From Octopus sinensis (taxonomy: Eukaryota): a DNA stretch of 64,000 bases. Shown here piece by piece: positions 58,275 to 64,000 of the stretch; the first letter of the stretch is position 1; each line of letters starts with the position of its first letter. The DNA is taken from the NCBI RefSeq assembly GCF_006345805.1, contig NC_043023.1, positions 8,680,001 to 8,744,000 of the forward strand, given 5' to 3'. The notes under the pieces are model-generated. The model did not search any database and had not been told where the DNA came from. It saw nothing but the letters and a program-made list of their open reading frames with translations. The translations under genes were made by a program, and so were the position numbers.

Positions 58275-58937
58275 ATACCTATTTCTTTACTACCCACAAG
58301 GGGCTAAACACAGAGGGGACAAATAAGGAGAGACAAACGGATTAAGTCAATTATATCGACCCCAGTGCGTAACTGGTACTTATTTAATCGACCCCGAAAG
58401 GACGAAAGGCAAAGTCGACCACGGCGGAATTTGAACTCAGAACGTAAAGACAGACGAAATACCTATTTCTTTACTAACGGCAGACGAAATACCTATTTCT
58501 TTACTACCCACAAAGGGCTAAACACACAGGGAACAAACAAGGACAAACAAACGGATTAAGTCGATTACATCGACCCCAGTGTGTAACTGGTACTTATTTA
58601 ATCGACCCCGAAAGGACGAAAGGCAAAGTCGACCACGGCGGAATTTGAACTCAGAACGTAAAGACAGACGAAATACCTATTTCTTTACTAACGGCAGACG
58701 AAATACCTATTTCTTTACTACCCACAAAGGGCTAAACACACAGGGAACAAACAAGGACAAACAAACGGATTAAGTCGATTACATCGACCCCAGTGTGTAA
58801 CTGGTACTTATTTAATCGACCCCGAAAGGACGAAAGGCAAAGTCGACCACGGCGGAATTTGAACTCAGAACGTAAAGACAGACGAAATACCTATTTCTTT
58901 ACTGCCCACACAGGGGCTACACACAGAGGGAACAAAC
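58275..58937 (-). mobile_element. Head-to-tail trimer of 5'-truncated SINE family C, 214-bp period
   Basis: Units start at 58275, 58489 and 58703, with a partial unit from 58887. Units 2 and 3 are near-identical. Confidence 0.92.
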
Positions 58938-59110
58938 GTCTTCCGTTATGTTCTGAGTTCAAATTCCGCCGAGGTCGACTTTGCCTTTCATCCTTTCGGG
59001 GTCGATAAATTAAGTACCAGTTACGCACTGGAGTCGATATAATCGACTTAATCCGTTCGTCTGTCCTTGTTTGTCCCGTCCGTGTTTCGCCCCTTGTGGA
59101 TAATAAAGAA
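58938..59110 (+). mobile_element. SINE family C copy inverted against the trimer
   Basis: GTTCTGAGTTCAAATTCCGCCGAGGTCGACTTTGCC...GCCCCTTGTGGATAATAAAGAAATA. Confidence 0.9.
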
Positions 59111-59555
59111 ATATATATGTTGTATGTGAGTGCGAGTATGTGTTTATGTGCATGTGTACGTGTGTTATCAACAGAAAATCCTCCTCAAATTCAATATACT
59201 AAAACCTCCCCAATATATGGAACAATAGAAACTAAATTAGTAATTACCGTAGCCCCCCAAAATGATATCTGACCTCAACGTAAAACATAACCTACAAATC
59301 CAGTTAACATCACCAAAATATATAACACCACCCCAACGTTTCCTGTATAAATGCTTATATATGAACCATAGATAGATAGGTATATTTCACTGGTTATGTT
59401 ATCAGTATATTAAAATGAAATAAATAATTCCAGATCAATAGATTATCAATCAATCAAACACAGACATTTCTACAAGTGTATACGTAAGACCAAACCAATA
59501 AAATCACTTTGAAATTCTCAATGTAAACTTAAACCATTTTTACATATTTTCTTCT

Positions 59556-60092
59556 TTAAAAGAAAAGCTGTCCACTCTTCCAACTCTCCATGTACTTCAT
59601 CGTCTCGTCTTCCAGATTCTCCTCCATCTCAGGTATATCACCTTCTTCCAATTGCATCAACTCATGTACGTCCATATCTTCCAGTTTATCCTTCATCCAT
59701 AAATCTAACTCCTGGTCCAGCTGCTCCTCCAATGCCTCGAATTTCTTCACCTCTTCCACTTCCTGCTCCAACACTTCTTCATCTTTCCTAAATACATGTA
59801 TCGCCTTTACAAATGTTTTATTCTTTGCCAACTCATTCTTATCCCAACCTTTGGTAGTTTCCTCTGCCACGGGGTTTTCGACAATATCCTTTGGTTGTTC
59901 GGTAATAAATGAATTTCTGTTGCAAGGATAACGCTGAATTGGTGTATCTTTTGTAGAGATGGGATCCGACCCCACAACGTTTGGTCTGGCACTACGGAAT
60001 AAGAATCTAGCAAAAGAACGTCTGACCCGAGAAATAAAGCGACCCAAGGGTCCTCTGCGAACTGGTGTGTCTGCCGGCGGCAATGGTGACAT
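59556..60092 (-). CDS. Intact intronless 178-aa ORF of unknown function (basic N-terminus, acidic helical C-terminus)
   Basis: ATG in context CCGAA-ATG, AT-rich TATATTTAAA just upstream, non-repetitive codons, stop TAA. No TE motif recognised. Confidence 0.55.
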   Translation of the reverse strand: MSPLPPADTPVRRGPLGRFISRVRRSFARFLFRSARPNVVGSDPISTKDTPIQRYPCNRNSFITEQPKDIVENPVAEETTKGWDKNELAKNKTFVKAIHVFRKDEEVLEQEVEEVKKFEALEEQLDQELDLWMKDKLEDMDVHELMQLEEGDIPEMEENLEDETMKYMESWKSGQLFF

Positions 60093-61018
60093 TTCGGTGG
60101 TTTATTTAAATATACAAAGACAAAAAAAGTAAGAAAAACATAAACAAACACAAATGACAAGCAAATAAAGAAGAATGTAGGAAGGATGTGATAAACGATA
60201 AAAGGAAAGGAACTATAGAATGATGAAGTTGTCAATTAATTAGTTCTGTTAATTAAAATGAGAGAAATATATGAATGAATACCAAACAAGAGATGAGAAC
60301 AATTAAAAAGACAGGTAAACACAGAAAGAAAATAAGCAATTAGGAAGGAAGGAATAGAAAGATGTAACTGAGGGATACAAATTAACTGAAACAATTTTAT
60401 GAATGAATGGAAGAAAGGGATTGGTAATCAAAAATTAATTATATTTGTAAATATGCAAAGGAGGAAAGTATGAAGGAAAAGATAGAAAAGGAAAGAGAAG
60501 ATAGAAAGAAGGATAAATTGGCTTCAATGAGATAACTATATGAATGAATACAGAAGATGAAAGGGGTAATCAGCAATTAACGAAATTAAAAAAAAGAAAG
60601 AAATCAGGAAGAAAGGTGGAAAGGGAGAGAAAAAGCGAACAAGTAAAATGAAGGAATTATCCGTAAAATTTATCAGTAAATTAATTAAAATGAGACAAAT
60701 TTAGATTTGAATCAGCAGATGAGTAAGTAAGGGATCAATCAAAGACACAAAGATAGGAAAGAAATATGGAAAAGGATGAGAGAGAAACGGGTATTGACGG
60801 GTGGTTAAAAAGATAGGTAGATGTTTGGATAGATAGGGAGTTATCGGTCAGTTGATCAATACAGAGTTGAATCGGTTGATCGATGGATAAATAAGAGATC
60901 TGGATCGAGCTATCTATCGAGAGATACATTGATAGATAGATAAATAGAAAGATAGATGAATGGATAGATAGGTGAATGGATAGATAGATGAATGGATAGA
61001 TAGATAGATAGATAGATA

Positions 61019-64000
61019 AGTTTCTTTATTGGCCACACAGGGCTGCACACAGATGGGACAAGTTACGAGGTAGAGCTTTTCTTTTGGGGGATGAAAAAAA
61101 GGGGGTGGCGTAGGTTTTCGATCAAGAGGGATCGTAAAAGGGAAGAAAAGAAAAAAAAAAGAAAAAAGAAAAAAAAATAGAATAAAAATAAAAAGAATAA
61201 AAGAAAAAAGAAAAAAAAGGGAAAGGAACAAAAGAAAAGAGATATGAAAAAAGAAGAAAAAGGGGAAAAAAGGGGAAGAGGAAAAAAAAAGAACGATCAA
61301 TAGGAATCGTGTATCACAGTGTTATGATATATGGTGTAAAGGGGAAAGCAAGTAAGGTTTATCCGTGGGAAGAAAAGCCTACGAAAAAGACCACGGTAAC
61401 CTTGGTCAATATTGTTATATGTTACCACATTTGTTTGCAAGTGGGTAACCCTCTGTTTTCAATTTCTGGGTTCATAGGATTATGCTCAAGGTGGCTTCGT
61501 CATTCATACATGCCATCCTTGCTACATTCACCCATCTTTTTTTAAAACATTCGCTAGACAAAACTTGCCTCTCTACTCTCACTTTCCTTTTCAAGTGGTA
61601 CTTGAAGAAGTTGATGAAAGATTGACCAGGACCAGAGAGGAAAGTGTTTGTCTCCAATCCTTTCAGACGCGTCCACCAGATACATTCTTTCGCCATAGCC
61701 ACAAGGATGATGAAAATAGCTCTTCCTTCCCGTTTGAAGGAAGGAGGCGTGACAATATTGACGATAGACTCAGCTGATAAACCGACTCGTCCCACACGTG
61801 ACAGCAGTTGTTCGACACAAGGCCACAGGTCGGAAATTGTTGGACACTGCACGAGTGCGTGCAGAACGGTTTCGTCGCTCTGACCGCATCTCGGGCAGGT
61901 CGGCCCCGTGTTTCTCGAGCCGTGTCTGTAGAGCTTATCCCGAACGGGTAGCGCTTCTCGGTAACACTGCCAGGCCAGGGATCTCTGGAAGTTGTCCATG
62001 GGCCCTGGCCCGAAAGTCGTCCTGAACAGGCGGGTCAGGTACTCCTCGTCGACGTCCAGGTTCGCCCCGAGCTCGTCGTCGTACCTCCCCTCCACTAATC
62101 CCCTATAGAATGCTTTGGTTGTGTTGAAGTCACTCAAGGTCGACCCAGGACGGCAGAGTTGCTTGAGAGCAACGCGACACTCGCGGTGCCATTCGCCCTT
62201 CCTCGGCCTCTTTTTGATCCACAACTGCAGTTCGGTCATGGAGACGAGCTGCGGGAAAGCGTGCCTCCCAAACGGCGACCACACCTGTTCACCGTCGTCT
62301 ACGAAGAGCCTGAGATGTCGCAGTCTCAGCGTTTGTCTGCGCATCATCAACCACGGCATGCCCAGTCCTCCTTTTAACGGGTGTTGACAGCAAATGGATC
62401 GCCTGACCATCGGGACGCATCCTTTCCACAAGAAGCGAAAGAGAATGCGTTGTAGTTTGGTGATGGTAGGGTCGGGACAAGGTACGACGGTCAGGCGGTA
62501 GTAGATGACGGACGCGATGTATGTGTTCGCCACCTCCGCCCGACCTTTTAGGGACAGTTTCCTCTCGGCCCATTGCCGGGCGAGAGTGACCACCCTACTC
62601 GTTATCTCGTTCCAGTTCTTCTCCACTTGGAGGTCCGGACCAAACCAGACCCCGAGCAACTCAACCGAGCCGTCGGTCCAGCGTCCCACGACGGAGGCGC
62701 TGGTGGACGGCATGGGCTTGCTTCTCCAGGTGCCTAGTCGCAAGCCCACTGACTTTTCCCGGTTGATTTTCGCTCCTGTCACCGCTTCGTAGTTTTTCAG
62801 TGTCTCGCCGACCTGCTCGATGTGCTCGTGGCTAGACACTATGACGGCGACGTCGTCCGCGTATGCAGACACGCTCGTCCCGCATCCCAGTTCTCGCGGG
62901 ATGCCCCTCAAAGTTGCCAGCTTCCGCAATAATGGCTCGAGAGTCAATACGTATAGAAGCGACGAGAGGGGGCATCCCTGACGGACCGAACGTGCGATGT
63001 CGAAGGGTCTTGATAGATGTCCATTCACGCGAATTACCGAACGGATGCCTCTGTACAAAGCGGCTATCCAGCCGCGGAAGACGGGACCGAAGCCAGCCGC
63101 TCTGAGGACCGCCTCCAAGTATCGATGGTCTACCCTATCGAAAGCTTTCGATTGATCCAAATTGATCAGCGCCCCACCCATGCCAGTTTCGTTAACTACC
63201 CTGTCTATGATGTAGCGCATCAGGTGAAGGTTGTCATGGATGGTCCGGCCTGGCACGGCGCATGTTTGCGCCTTGTCGACCAGTTTCTCGATGACAAGCG
63301 CCAACCTCTTGGCTAGCACCTTGGCTAAAATTTTCAAGTCTGCATTAAGCAGAGTGATGGGCCTAAAGTTATCTATTACATTTCCCTTGTTTAGATCTTT
63401 CTTCGGCAGTGTTACGGCTCCTCGGCTCACAAAACCAAGAATGCTCCCGTTTTGCTGCCAGTTGCAGTACACCGCCGCCAAGAGATCTCCAAACAAGTCT
63501 GGCATACAATTGTAAAGCTCGTAGGGTAGACCATCCAAACCCGGTGATTTGTCGCTCGAGCATTCTGCCATCGCGTCCTGCACCTCCACCGCCGTGATGG
63601 CACCTTCGCAGCACCCTGCCTTTCTTGTCGAGAGTCGTGGTAGGCTATGTAGGTAGGCACTGAAGTCCACCCTACGTTCTTGCCCTAAACTCGTCCCGAA
63701 CAGTCGGGCAACATGCTGCTGAAAGGCCTCACACATTTTACTTGGCTCGAGCAATTCGCGCCCCTGTTCATCTACCAGGCACCGAATGGTAGCTTTGTTG
63801 CCTTGTTGCGCCTCTGCCACCCGGGCCTCTCTCACGGCTCCAACACCTTCGTTCCTTAGAGCACGCATCCTAGCTCTGACAGCACATCCTTCGTGTTTGG
63901 CGTTGAAGTGTTGGTCGAGGGCCAACCTCGCCGCCAAAACGTCGGATGCGATGCCGCTTCTAATTGCCTCTTCTAGCTTCTTAACTAGCTCACCCTCAAC
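61019..64000 (-). mobile_element. Young Tx1/L1-clade LINE; continues beyond the window end
   Basis: Same family as 32928-36058 with the same 3' UTR and the same AATAAAGAAAC-(TATC)n junction. Confidence 0.96.
61472..64000 (-). CDS. LINE ORF2 (reverse transcriptase + CCHC zinc knuckle), uninterrupted within the window
   Basis: The frame is open from the window edge (VEGELVKKLEEAIRSG...) through KSPGLDG, LDQSKAFDRV, QGCPLS, AYADD and CPRCGQSDETVLHALVQC to the stop at 61472. Confidence 0.95.
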   Translation of the reverse strand, partial: VEGELVKKLEEAIRSGIASDVLAARLALDQHFNAKHEGCAVRARMRALRNEGVGAVREARVAEAQQGNKATIRCLVDEQGRELLEPSKMCEAFQQHVARLFGTSLGQERRVDFSAYLHSLPRLSTRKAGCCEGAITAVEVQDAMAECSSDKSPGLDGLPYELYNCMPDLFGDLLAAVYCNWQQNGSILGFVSRGAVTLPKKDLNKGNVIDNFRPITLLNADLKILAKVLAKRLALVIEKLVDKAQTCAVPGRTIHDNLHLMRYIIDRVVNETGMGGALINLDQSKAFDRVDHRYLEAVLRAAGFGPVFRGWIAALYRGIRSVIRVNGHLSRPFDIARSVRQGCPLSSLLYVLTLEPLLRKLATLRGIPRELGCGTSVSAYADDVAVIVSSHEHIEQVGETLKNYEAVTGAKINREKSVGLRLGTWRSKPMPSTSASVVGRWTDGSVELLGVWFGPDLQVEKNWNEITSRVVTLARQWAERKLSLKGRAEVANTYIASVIYYRLTVVPCPDPTITKLQRILFRFLWKGCVPMVRRSICCQHPLKGGLGMPWLMMRRQTLRLRHLRLFVDDGEQVWSPFGRHAFPQLVSMTELQLWIKKRPRKGEWHRECRVALKQLCRPGSTLSDFNTTKAFYRGLVEGRYDDELGANLDVDEEYLTRLFRTTFGPGPMDNFQRSLAWQCYREALPVRDKLYRHGSRNTGPTCPRCGQSDETVLHALVQCPTISDLWPCVEQLLSRVGRVGLSAESIVNIVTPPSFKREGRAIFIILVAMAKECIWWTRLKGLETNTFLSGPGQSFINFFKYHLKRKVRVERQVLSSECFKKRWVNVARMACMNDEATLSIIL

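Overview
Eukaryotic, AT-rich, repeat-saturated DNA. By inference from its SINE families and microsatellite style it is most consistent with an octopus/coleoid cephalopod genome. There are no prokaryotic genes, rRNA, true tRNA genes or CRISPR arrays, and most long ORFs in the track are microsatellite read-throughs. Mobile DNA: two Penelope-like (GIY-YIG) elements; a Tx1/L1-clade LINE family in three age classes, including a copy with an uninterrupted >820-codon ORF2 running off the right end; CR1, R4/Dong-like and Hero-like LINE fragments; three tRNA-derived SINE families; three non-autonomous Helitrons; one decayed mariner. Architecture: a ~7.4-kb unit repeated about three times (5.5-28.5 kb), a second ~6-kb duplication with ~12-kb offset (36-42 kb vs 48-54 kb), and many 100-310 bp fold-back inversions. 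Signals absent from the ORF track: (1) a set of type I hammerhead ribozyme motifs, comprising one canonical (1222-1318), one near-canonical (39159-39222), two identical copies with a compensated U3-A8 core (39749-39791, 51716-51758) and several decayed ones, most with palindromic stem III; (2) a spliced start-codon exon encoding a signal peptide plus LRR N-cap (28820-29012, minus). An intact 178-aa orphan ORF (59556-60092, minus) is also unexplained. All alignments and folds were done by eye; repeat boundaries are approximate to tens of bases.
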